In this document: positions 1 through 8,344 of the stretch, piece by piece
Layout of the letters: every line of letters begins with the position of its first letter
Position numbering within the stretch: position 1 is the stretch's first letter
Made by a program: the position numbers and the translations under genes
Notes under the pieces: model-generated
The model's database searches: none
What the model saw: only the letters and a program-made list of their open reading frames with translations
Told to the model about the DNA's origin: nothing
Assembly (NCBI GenBank): GCA_018985225.1
Contig: JADGIF010000012.1
Coordinates: 1-32,000 of the forward strand
DNA: 32,000 nucleotides
Reading direction: 5' to 3'
Origin: Amoeboradix gromovi X-113
Taxonomy: Eukaryota; Fungi; Sanchytriomycota

Positions 1-2
1 TC

Positions 3-98
3 TCCCCAAGTTGTCTACACTTGAGAAGTGTGGGGTTTGAAATCTTCATGATTTTCGAATTCCTCACATTTAACGTAGGCGATCAAGTCAAAGTGTAA
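3..98 (+). CDS. possible 3' end of a gene entering from the left edge (SPSCLHLRSVGFEIFMIFEFLTFNVGDQVKV*)
   Basis: Open frame from the window edge to TAA 96-98, converging on the REP-like gene 16 nt away. No recognisable motif. Confidence 0.25.
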   Translation, partial: SPSCLHLRSVGFEIFMIFEFLTFNVGDQVKV

Positions 99-114
99 TT
101 GGATGTCACATTTA

Positions 115-1128
115 TTAAATAACATTAACGATCTTTTCTATGCCTAGCTCAACCAATAATTTCGCAAGTAGACACTCAGCAACATCTAAATATTCGTCTG
201 ATAAGCCAACAACAGAGACTATTGCAGGTAAAATGAAAATTCTAGGATTATTAGATTCCCACTCCATAACATCCAAAGAAGATATTTCGTCAGAAAAAGA
301 CTCTAAACAGCTTTTATTGGAAGAAATAAGGTGATTTATGCCATTTACAATGTTTCCATACACTCTACTGCCATCAATGTTCTTAACAAAAACACTAGCG
401 GTAGAGTCAGTAGCAACTTTTGAAATATACCAAGTCTTTTTAGTGGCTAAAGCTTCAACATTATTGAAGTACTTTAAAAAAGAAATATGCGATGGGTTAA
501 CAACTAATATTTGTGATGAAAACTTACAAAACTGGGAGGTAATGACAAATTCGTTATCAATATATTCCACGTTAGTCATTTTAGCATTCATAACTTGGAT
601 GCCACCATGAACTGCAGCTTTTCTGGAGAAAAGTTGGCAGAGCTCTTGCTCTAAGTTGAATTCGCAAAGTAAATACGGTGATTTGCTTTGATATATAGCA
701 GCTTTCTCAAGAGCAGACTTATTGAAATTTAAATATGGATCTTTTAGAGTATCTAATAACAATTGCAAATGTTGAGGAAGCTGAAAATCGATCGGCACAT
801 CATTAATAAATGATTCTATAGACCTCATTATAAGTCTCTTCTCTTTCAAGTTGAATCCGGAATTGAACACTTGTTGCTTGTTTATAGGCATGAGGATGTT
901 ATCAATTTCTAATCCGTTACTAATCATCATTGAAATATCATCCTGTAATTTATGCTGTAACAAAAAATGAATCCATTTAGAATCGCAATGAAGAGCAACC
1001 GGTCGCTTTTCCAAGTAATCCGTTTCGTTTGTTAGCATTGCAGTACTAACATTGTTTTTCTGCAAAGCTAGTGCGATCAATGCATTATCCAGTTCTATCC
1101 CGAGTAGCGCAATATTAACACGTTCCAT
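115..1128 (-). CDS. reduced Rab escort protein / Rab-GDI family protein (337 aa)
   Basis: N-terminal NIALLGIELDNALIALAL resembles the GDI/REP dinucleotide-fold start. SPYLLCEFNLEQELCQLFSRKAAVHGG matches the family motif SP(F/Y)L.P.YG.GELPQ.F.R..AV.GG. Confidence 0.75.
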   Translation of the reverse strand: MERVNIALLGIELDNALIALALQKNNVSTAMLTNETDYLEKRPVALHCDSKWIHFLLQHKLQDDISMMISNGLEIDNILMPINKQQVFNSGFNLKEKRLIMRSIESFINDVPIDFQLPQHLQLLLDTLKDPYLNFNKSALEKAAIYQSKSPYLLCEFNLEQELCQLFSRKAAVHGGIQVMNAKMTNVEYIDNEFVITSQFCKFSSQILVVNPSHISFLKYFNNVEALATKKTWYISKVATDSTASVFVKNIDGSRVYGNIVNGINHLISSNKSCLESFSDEISSLDVMEWESNNPRIFILPAIVSVVGLSDEYLDVAECLLAKLLVELGIEKIVNVI

Positions 1129-1205
1129 ACTGATTACGCAATCATGTGAGTTTGGGAGGAGTTCTAAGACGAAGTGAATCAGCGGAGTGACGAATGAGAA
1201 TTACA

Positions 1206-1324
1206 ATTGGGCATTGATTGGCCCATATGGCAAAATTCAAATCGAAAACATGCGATTATTGGACAATGACGATGACGTCATTCTCCTCACCGATATCTGA
1301 TGTGATAATCAATTGCTATAAAAA
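1206..1324. promoter_or_regulatory. putative bidirectional promoter: reverse CCAAT boxes, CRE palindrome, TATA-like box
   Basis: Three ATTGG between about 1207 and 1262, ATGACGTCAT at 1272-1281 and TATAAAA at about 1317, lying between divergent ATGs at 1128 and 1340. Confidence 0.5.
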
Positions 1325-1339
1325 GAATCGGGCTCCTAA

Positions 1340-1762
1340 ATGGAGATCAGCATAATGGTGGCAAATATTATAGCTCAACAAACATATTACGTCCCGACCA
1401 TGAAGTCAACTGGACTCAACGTGATGCAGTTAGTAAGCCAATACTGCTACTTGGATCCATCTTTAATGCACACTGTTCTTACTTATTGCCCAACTGAAGT
1501 AATACTACTTGGCTTGTATTACATGCATTACACTTTGAGCTCATCGAACCATTTTTTGGTTTGTCTAATATTGGCAACCAAGTTTTTGGATGACTACGCG
1601 ATGTCACTCAAGTCGTGGTCAGAGCTTACGCAGATACCACTAAACATATTAAGACAATTTGAACTAACAGTGCTACAGGATTTGAGCTATTGTTTGCATG
1701 TAACTAATGACTTTGATTATTTTTGTCAAAGTATTTCTGCATTTTACACATATTCGCAATAG
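1340..1762 (+). CDS. Pho80/Pcl (U-type) cyclin, minimal cyclin-box protein
   Basis: LLGLYYM...FLVCLILATKFLDD..MSLKSWSELTQIPLNILRQFELTVLQDLSYCLHV is the Pcl/Pho80 cyclin-box signature. Confidence 0.85.
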   Translation: MEISIMVANIIAQQTYYVPTMKSTGLNVMQLVSQYCYLDPSLMHTVLTYCPTEVILLGLYYMHYTLSSSNHFLVCLILATKFLDDYAMSLKSWSELTQIPLNILRQFELTVLQDLSYCLHVTNDFDYFCQSISAFYTYSQ

Positions 1763-1771
1763 GCCATTTCC

Positions 1772-4225
1772 ATGGAAGAGGATTTTAACCTAAATCCAAT
1801 TTTTAGCAAAGATGAATTACTCCAATTGAACACTGTCCTGGTTCTGCTTCCAACAAATGATGAAATTAAGCAAAAAATAAAACTGTTTATTGATAATTTG
1901 CTCCAAAGAGAAGCTTTTTTGTCTCAAAAAGTCTTTAATCTGCTGGAAAGTGCTGCTGCAAATGCCTTTGCAGAAAACAACATGGACTCAGCGGACTTGC
2001 AACGCAAGAATATAAAGTATCAAGCAGATTTGAACAAAGCTTGGAAACTATTGGAAATTGCACATGAAAGGGAGATAGAGCAGAACAATCATATAACAGA
2101 TCTTACTGCAAAACTAGACAGTGTTCATGCGAATGGCACAGATTTGCAGTTGCTAACGTTTTCTCAGGAAAATAAGGAATTGAAACTTGAAAGAAATGAT
2201 TTCTCTGAACAAGCTCGTCAGCTTTCAGAGGAAAAGTCTGAATTGACACAGAAGCTGTCGAAACTTGAAGAAACTATTCAAATCTCTACAGCGAATTCTT
2301 CGCAAAAAGAGAATGACTTTTCAGACGTTAGAAAAGCACTTAACCAAGTAGAATATGACCTTAATACAAGAGATACCGAATTGTCAAACTGTAAAATGCA
2401 ATCTGATTATAAGGATGTTGAGCTAAAAAATCGAAATGAGCAGCTTGGTTGCTTTAAAGATGAAGTAAAAAAAATTGAAAAGATTCTCGAAGACGAAAGA
2501 AGATTAAGAGACGTTAGTATTAAGGAATTAGAGATCTCTGCCAACACTATTAAAAAATTAGAATCACAAGTTAAAGCATTAAAGAAGGAAAAGTGTGAAG
2601 TTGAGAGTAAATTCAAAATTACGGAATTTGAAATGAAGACTCAAGAGAAGGAGTATGAACAGATTACTGCGGAAAAACAGGCTACTGATAGAATTAAAGA
2701 AAGTTTAACTAGAAAGATTCAGCATTTTGAGGCTAAACGAATGGAAATGAAACTTCAGTTGGATGCCAGAGAAGCTCAACTACTTAACGTGGAGAGACAA
2801 GCATTGGCATTGAAGGATGAAATGGTCTCGACAAAAGATGATAACTTGGTGCTAGCTAACTCAAATGCAAAGTTGAAAGTGACAAATATTGATTTGCAGG
2901 ACAAATTGAATAATTTGCAAGCTGTCATCCGAAAATTTGAACTAGATATCTCTAACCAAAAGAAGTCTTCTAAGACTTTCCAGGAAGAAGCTATCAAAAT
3001 GAGATTGCTAATCGAAGAATTTGAACAAAAACAAGACGATTATGAAATCAAAATGACTGGGAAAGAAAAGCAGCTGATGTCATTAAACGAGGATGTTCAT
3101 AAGCTGAAAAGTGAGTTGTGGGAGCAAGCACAAAAGACTGGTGAATTTAAGCGAAAACTGATGAATCAACAAAACTTGTACGAACAAGCTAGAAGTGATA
3201 GGAACAGATACGCAAAAGATGTAATGGATACCAGTGCTGAATTGAAGGACTCTCGAATCAAATTTGAATCTTACAATCACCAAATAAACCAGTTGGAGCA
3301 ACAGGTTCAGTTTAAAAGTGAGTCTTCTACTAAGGATCATTTTTCTTATTTAAAAGTTGTTAAGGAAAAAGAGAATTTAGTTCTAGAGATGGACCAGTTA
3401 ACTAGACAATACAAAACGTTAAAAGCAAAAATAGATGAGTTAAAATCAGAAAACCATTTGATAAATCAAACCTCGGCTGATTATTTTGCCGAGATTCAAC
3501 ACTTAACTAGTAAACTAAGTGATTCGGTGCATCGATCGGAATTACAGCAGCAGAACTTTAAAGAAAAATCAGAGCAAATTCTAAAGTACTCTGCTCACAT
3601 CGAGAGTTTAGAAATCCAGAATAATTCAACAGCTCAACTTGTAATCAAGAGTGACCTGGCTTTTAAGTTGTTGAAGGAAGAATTAAAAGGCAGCAAAAAG
3701 AAAATAAGGTCAATGGAACTACATGGAATGAACACAACAAAGCTACAGCAGGAAATACAAGAGTTGCAAAGGACTATCCTGAATGAGCAGTTGCGCAACA
3801 AGGCATTAGAGGAAGAGATGGAAAGGCCACAGAACTTACACAGATGGAGATCAATTCAAGCAGTAGATCCTGACAAGTTTCTGCTAATGGAAAAGGTGGC
3901 TGATTTGCAAAGAAGAACAATTAAAAAGGATGATGAGATATTAATCAAGACAGAAGAGAATGATAGATTGAGCAAGCTGAACGTTGATTTGAAAAAAGTC
4001 TTGTCAAAAGCACCACCGCCTGAGATTGCAAGCAATTTGGAGTTATTGAAATCAGTAGTTCAAAAAAAAACGGACGAGATTCACGCACTGGAATCAGAAA
4101 TTAAAATGTATAGAGATGACTTAAGTTTAAAAGACGCGGGGATTGAAGAGCTGAAGCTAAATATCACAGAATTAAAAACGAGATATTTAGTAATGAAGAG
4201 AAAAGTCAGAAGAGGATATAATTGA
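1772..4225 (+). CDS. CFAP58: cilia- and flagella-associated protein 58 (CCDC147), long coiled coil
   Basis: Coiled coil with the family motifs QQNLYEQARSDRNRYAK and KALEEEMERPQNLHRWR...DP...KVADLQRR. Confidence 0.85.
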   Translation: MEEDFNLNPIFSKDELLQLNTVLVLLPTNDEIKQKIKLFIDNLLQREAFLSQKVFNLLESAAANAFAENNMDSADLQRKNIKYQADLNKAWKLLEIAHEREIEQNNHITDLTAKLDSVHANGTDLQLLTFSQENKELKLERNDFSEQARQLSEEKSELTQKLSKLEETIQISTANSSQKENDFSDVRKALNQVEYDLNTRDTELSNCKMQSDYKDVELKNRNEQLGCFKDEVKKIEKILEDERRLRDVSIKELEISANTIKKLESQVKALKKEKCEVESKFKITEFEMKTQEKEYEQITAEKQATDRIKESLTRKIQHFEAKRMEMKLQLDAREAQLLNVERQALALKDEMVSTKDDNLVLANSNAKLKVTNIDLQDKLNNLQAVIRKFELDISNQKKSSKTFQEEAIKMRLLIEEFEQKQDDYEIKMTGKEKQLMSLNEDVHKLKSELWEQAQKTGEFKRKLMNQQNLYEQARSDRNRYAKDVMDTSAELKDSRIKFESYNHQINQLEQQVQFKSESSTKDHFSYLKVVKEKENLVLEMDQLTRQYKTLKAKIDELKSENHLINQTSADYFAEIQHLTSKLSDSVHRSELQQQNFKEKSEQILKYSAHIESLEIQNNSTAQLVIKSDLAFKLLKEELKGSKKKIRSMELHGMNTTKLQQEIQELQRTILNEQLRNKALEEEMERPQNLHRWRSIQAVDPDKFLLMEKVADLQRRTIKKDDEILIKTEENDRLSKLNVDLKKVLSKAPPPEIASNLELLKSVVQKKTDEIHALESEIKMYRDDLSLKDAGIEELKLNITELKTRYLVMKRKVRRGYN

Positions 4226-4551
4226 ATAAATCATTAATCGTGATTGCGTGAATTTTATCATTCGAGTATACCAACTTCTTTCTCTGATTGTACAAAAACT
4301 TGATGTTCTTTTTCGTTCTTGGCAAATGTCTACAAATCGCCACAGCCGGAAAATTTCAAATCTCATCAGACTGTTTCAATGGATTGCTGGTAGTACTTTT
4401 ATCCACCGAGTTCCCGGAAGTGTAATAAAACTATAAGCCGAGTATTCTTCACAGAATGTCTGCCAAGGAAATATAATCGACCCTTTTGACAGTAATAGTG
4501 TTTCCCTGATTTGGCAATTGCTATAAAATTAATTTGAGTTTTTTATGTAGT
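4214..4551 (+). mobile_element. decayed internally deleted IS607/Fanzor2-type element, copy 1
   Basis: 4214-4360 is about 88% identical (about 18 differences in about 148 nt) to the reverse complement of 5773-5920, and homology starts at GG. The left-end motif GAATAAATCATT and the GCAAATG start context (ATG 4326) are shared with copy 4. Decayed HTH-like peptide ..QWIAG..IHRVPGS. GTTTCCCTG...TTTATGTAG (4500-4550) resembles the right end of copy 3; this right end is the weakest part. Confidence 0.7.
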
Positions 4552-4576
4552 GTTCACAAATCACGATAAAAATAGT

Positions 4577-4596
4577 GATTGGTTGGCTCTGATTGG
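4577..4596 (+). promoter_or_regulatory. tandem reverse CCAAT boxes upstream of the SNARE gene
   Basis: GATTGG at 4577 and 4591, about 50-65 nt before ATG 4644. The same motif occurs before other genes in the window. Confidence 0.45.
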
Positions 4597-4643
4597 CTAC
4601 AATCACTAGGAAAGTAATTAAAATGCAGTGAGCACCTTTTCTT

Positions 4644-5393
4644 ATGACCAAAGGAACGAGTAGTAGACATTCTCAACGTGCAAGTAGTAAAATCTCAGAC
4701 AAATCTCGTTCTCATCGGCCAGCCAGTGAAAAAGACGAGATTGAGTTTATGAAAGACAGGATTAATGTTACAAAAGAGAAGAGCTTAGACTCGTCCAGAA
4801 GTACGCGAAGAAGATTAGAGGAGAGTGAGAGAATGGCTGCGTTAAACATGTCTAATATAAGTGATCAAAACGACAAACTAACACATATTGAGCATAACAT
4901 GAATATTGCTGATCTACACACAGACAAAGCAATCAATAAAACAGAGCGACTTGAGCAATTGAACAAAAATTTTATAACTTCAGCGGCAAATCCTCTGAAA
5001 TATTATCACAACGCAAAGCACAATAGCAGAAACAAAAAACATGATGCGAAAGAAAAAGAACTAAAAGGTGCAGAAATCCAAAGTCCAAGTTCTACATTGA
5101 GAGATAAAAGAGAGCAAATTTACAACTCTTCTGGAGATAGGAATAAAAGTAGTTCGGGCAGACGCGGCCGTCAGCAGTTGCTAGATGGTGAAGAACACTG
5201 CCCAATTGAAAGAGAAATTGACGAAAATGTCGAATTTATGAGTGGGTCCATAAGCAGACTTAAGCAGATGGCACTAGCTGTAAATGAAGAGGTATCATCT
5301 CAGAATCAACGTATTAAGAACATCAGCTCTGCTTCTGATTCTGTACAGAGTAAAACAGTAAGAACGGAAAGGAAATTAAAGAAATTTTCTTAG
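4644..5393 (+). CDS. SEC9: Sec9/SNAP-25-family Qbc-SNARE
   Basis: Two SNARE heptad domains (SLDSSRSTRRRLEESE...DQNDKLTHIE and IEREIDENVEFMSGSISRLKQMALAVNEEVSSQNQRI) and no transmembrane segment. Confidence 0.85.
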   Translation: MTKGTSSRHSQRASSKISDKSRSHRPASEKDEIEFMKDRINVTKEKSLDSSRSTRRRLEESERMAALNMSNISDQNDKLTHIEHNMNIADLHTDKAINKTERLEQLNKNFITSAANPLKYYHNAKHNSRNKKHDAKEKELKGAEIQSPSSTLRDKREQIYNSSGDRNKSSSGRRGRQQLLDGEEHCPIEREIDENVEFMSGSISRLKQMALAVNEEVSSQNQRIKNISSASDSVQSKTVRTERKLKKFS

Positions 5394-5420
5394 TTAAAAT
5401 AAAAATATTTAAGGTCAAGT

Positions 5421-5920
5421 GTTAGTTAAAGGTCTTGGTTTCCTAATAGTAAAGAATTTCCACAAAGAGTGTAATATTGCTCTGTTTTGCCTGTAACTGA
5501 AAGTAACTGTGCCCACTGCCATATGGTCTCATCTCTTGCGTTTAATAATTCGGCGCCTGGGACGCCTTAAACAATCGCAGCTTCTTTTTCAAAATCATCT
5601 TGCTGTTTATTAGGTCAGACTCTCGCACATACGATTATCTCTTGAGGAATTTGTAGAAATATCAAAAAACTCATAAATGCCTTGTAAATGGAATGTATCT
5701 ATTTAACGATGTGGATGAATGTCGAACAGTTCATTTAAAAGAGCATCCTAGACTGCTTGCCGGTGTTTTGAAATGTAAAATATTCCGGCTGTGGCGATCT
5801 GCGGACATTTGCCAAGAACGAAAAAAGAACATCAAGTTTTTACACAATCAGAGAATGAAGTGGGTATACTCCAACGATAGAATTCACGCAATCACGACTG
5901 TGATTTATTCAATTGTATCC
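5421..5920 (-). mobile_element. decayed internally deleted IS607/Fanzor2-type element, copy 2
   Basis: Minus-strand order: GG left end (5920), ATG 5808, serine-recombinase motif (5641-5582), GAC CAT ATG GCA = DHMA of Fanzor RuvC-III (5528-5517), then right end CTCTTTGTGGAAATTCTT...GGAAACCAAGACCTTT aligning with copies 3 and 4. Confidence 0.85.
5545..5808 (-). pseudogene. tnpA: IS607-type serine recombinase (TnpA) pseudogene fragment
   Basis: Reads EIIVCARV*PNKQQDDFEKE...PGAELL versus the family consensus YARVSS.KQKDDLERQ...P..EII. TGT, TGA (5615-5617) and CCT are each one substitution from TAT (Y), TCA (catalytic S) and TCT (S). Confidence 0.8.
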
Positions 5921-6354
5921 CCGAACCATACCAGTATAAGTACGTAATCAGTTATTGAAAACTATGAAGACCTCATAGCCATAATTTATGAATGGCAGAC
6001 TGAAAGTAAAAGCAGGTCACAAAATTCAATGTTGACGCTAAGTTTTCGGATGTTCGAAAGCCATTAAAGACTTTCCAGTAGCGAAGTACCCAAGTCCTTC
6101 GAAGAACTACATCAAAAAATCACGGCAAGCACCAGCAAGTTCAAGAAAGGTGAAGATTGTGCGTAGAATCACGCTAGGAAGACTTGGCTACAAAATTGAA
6201 GTTTTATGGAAGAGATATAGCCAACAGCGAATATAAATAAGATCGTGCACGATAAATAAGTGGTCTTTATGCTAAACCGAATTTGCCTTTTCGAGATATT
6301 TATTTTAGCTATTATTCATAGAGTATATCCTCTGTTTCTTAATTGTGGCGAATG

Positions 6355-6364
6355 ATTGGCCAAT
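6355..6364. promoter_or_regulatory. palindromic double CCAAT box ATTGGCCAAT
   Basis: Located 38 nt upstream of the YEATS2 ATG. Confidence 0.45.
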
Positions 6365-6401
6365 GCCAAAAAATTGCAAACGCGAAGCCCCAAACAAATA
6401 A

Positions 6402-7951
6402 ATGGACCAAAGTACATACATTCTACCAGACCCGCTGGGTCGTCTTCGGAGAGTCGTAGATCAGGAATTTAATCTGGAAACTCTTTTGATTCATAAGGAT
6501 CTCTTTGAATTGAATCAGTTGGAAGATAGGGTTCAATATTTGCTGGACGAATCTTCTAAGCCCAACGCATCACCTATCAGCGTTGTAACCCATTCTCCAA
6601 CTATAAATAATAGAAGGCCTAGTAGTGCAGTTATTTTCCAGGATACTAATGGGAAATACTTGTTGTTGTCTTGCAATATATGCGCTAGAACCAACTTCAC
6701 GGATGTCCAAGGACTAATCAACCATTGTAGATCTGCCCATAGCATAACTATAAGCACTACTAGGCAAGCCATTTCTGAATGTGCTAATGTGTTAGACTTT
6801 GTTCCAGAGGGCGCTGAAGTCCATCAACTGCAATTTGCTACAACGCTACCAAGCAACTCGAATAATGAATCTAGAGTTCAGTCTCCTCAGCAAGCAGATG
6901 ATGGTAGAATGAAGCGTGGTGCTATAGAGCTACCAAGTCTAAAATTAAAAATTGCAAACACATCGTTATTTTTTATCAAAAAGAAGATTCTTATTGGTAA
7001 CATTAATCAGTTTATAACACCTGACAAACGAGCGCTAAACTATGAAAAGTGTGCTTATAGGTGGCTTATTTATGTCAAAACAAAGCATCCTGTGGATATT
7101 ACAACTTTTGTAAAAAAAGTCAGATTCTTTTTACATGGGACTTATAAACCAAATGAAGTAGTAGACATCAATAGACCACCTTTTTATATCACTAGATTAG
7201 GATGGGGTGAGTTTATAGCCAGGATTCAGATCTATTTTCATGATAGCAGGAATCAGCCGATTGACATTCCTTATCATTTGAAGTTAGACCAGCAAACTAC
7301 TGGTAAAGAGTTATTGGGGGATGAAAGGCAATACGAACTGCACCTGGATCAAAATACTGTATTTAATGACCCTGTACCCTTTAAAGGTAGCGACAAAGTA
7401 AATCAAGTCCTTAGCAGTGAAGCGATAGCTCAAATTATGGATAGTCCTGTTCTATCCTCTCCCGTGGCAGTAATACCCAATCAATCCAATTGCTTTGCAT
7501 GCGGTGGTCATTGCAATTGCACGGTTCCAACTCATTTATATCCAGCTGTAGCAGAAGAATTTCAATATCTAGATGCCAAGACTACCCAGTTGCTAAGAAA
7601 CACTAGCAACGTTGTACCAAGCAACTCTATCCGTACACCAACCGTCGTAGTGGATCTAAATGAAATTAAAGATATAGCCATGAGAATGACCTCTAATTCA
7701 ATACACGATGGAGCGATTGTACTATTAGCAGCTGTAATTTCATACTAATTTAGGCAACTAAACTATTTGTAAATAATTTGATATCCAATGTACTTTTGCA
7801 TGCCAAGAATAATGTAATAACAACTTTAATGATTCCTCCTGCTATAAAGAACATTGAATCTTATGATTTCTTATCAACAAAATCATTATATCTCCCAACA
7901 CCGCCTCAAAAGGATAAGGAAAAGAAGGCTGACATAATGGATTTAACTTAA
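6402..7951 (+). CDS. YEATS2: YEATS2-like protein (Ahc1-type C2H2 finger + YEATS + C-terminal histone fold); join(6402..7733,7754..7951)
   Basis: YEATS domain FVKKVRFFLHGTYKPNEVV..PPFYITRLGWGEF with YEATS2-type flanks (KKILIGN..ITPDKR; HLKLD..TG.ELLG.E). Finger CNIC..FTDVQGLINHCRSAH. Splicing adds ATKLFVNNLI...AIKNIESYDFL, a histone-fold-like end. Confidence 0.9.
7734..7753 (+). other. 20-nt spliceosomal intron GTAATTTCATACTAATTTAG
   Basis: GT-AG ends, branch site TACTAAT, phase 0. Removal deletes a stop and adds a 65-aa conserved-looking C-terminus. Confidence 0.85.
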
Positions 7952-7967
7952 TAATAAATTATTTACT

Positions 7968-8077
7968 CCTGACATAAATTCTTGCTTTCCTGTAATATCA
8001 AGAACTTTCACAGGGAAACCGGAAGCCTCAGTCAATCAGTTTAAGCAGCTGCTTACTCTTTAACTACCCATGGGTAG
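7968..8077 (-). ncRNA. putative Fanzor omegaRNA scaffold (right end of copy 3)
   Basis: Non-coding, directly after the RuvC-III remnant. Stems CTACCC/GGGTAG, AGTA/TGCT, GACTG/CGGTT and AAGTTCTTG/CAAGAATTT; the AGTA/TGCT and GACTG/CGGTT stems covary with copy 4. Expression unknown. Confidence 0.55.
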
Positions 8078-8342
8078 GAATAGATACGTTTGCTTAATCA
8101 GCAGTATATTCCAGCAATATGGTCTCTTTATACCTTTAAATGACATTTTGTAGATGGGTATGACTTCAAGATGCTTTTTATACTTGACCGCGTACTACAC
8201 GTTTGTTTAGTAAACACTTTGCTAATTTCAGTCATTAACCCTAACAATAAAAGAGAAACGAGCATGTATTCATTCAGAGAACATTAAAGAGCAGGGCAAT
8301 TTGAGAAATAGAATTCATATAGTCACGGCAAATGATTTATTC
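7968..8342 (-). mobile_element. decayed internally deleted IS607/Fanzor2-type element, copy 3
   Basis: Left end GAATAAATCATTTGCCGTGA (from 8342). Remnant from 8235 reads MTEISKVFTKQTCST...STKCHLKV*RDHIAG, homologous to copy 4 (FTSKICTR...CTKCHLKIDRDHMAA). Right end aligns without gaps to copy 4 (64/102 nt) and ends in AGG. Confidence 0.85.
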
Positions 8343-8344
8343 GA

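Noticed and set aside
4214-5920. Single TIR DNA transposon (Pack-type) carrying SEC9
   Set aside because: No target-site duplication, and each arm is the left end of its own IS607-like copy, with its own internal remnants and right end.
5693-5947. 84-aa plus-strand ORF (also 4248..4436 + and 16767..17018 +) as real genes
   Set aside because: They overlap the decayed elements. 5693..5947 and 16767..17018 are antisense to the TnpA/Fanzor remnants, and 4248..4436 is a chance frame through the left end and the decayed HTH.
5921-6340. Additional gene or element copy between copy 2 and YEATS2 (AGAGGATATA..TGAATAA on the minus strand near 6333-6312)
   Set aside because: Only a 10-nt match to the copy 1 boundary, with no further end, TnpA or Fanzor motifs. 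Reading frames are short and unrecognisable.
7929-7977. 9-bp direct repeat CTGACATAA (7929 and 7969) as a target-site duplication
   Set aside because: Both copies are on the same side of the element, and IS607-type insertion makes no duplication; probably chance.
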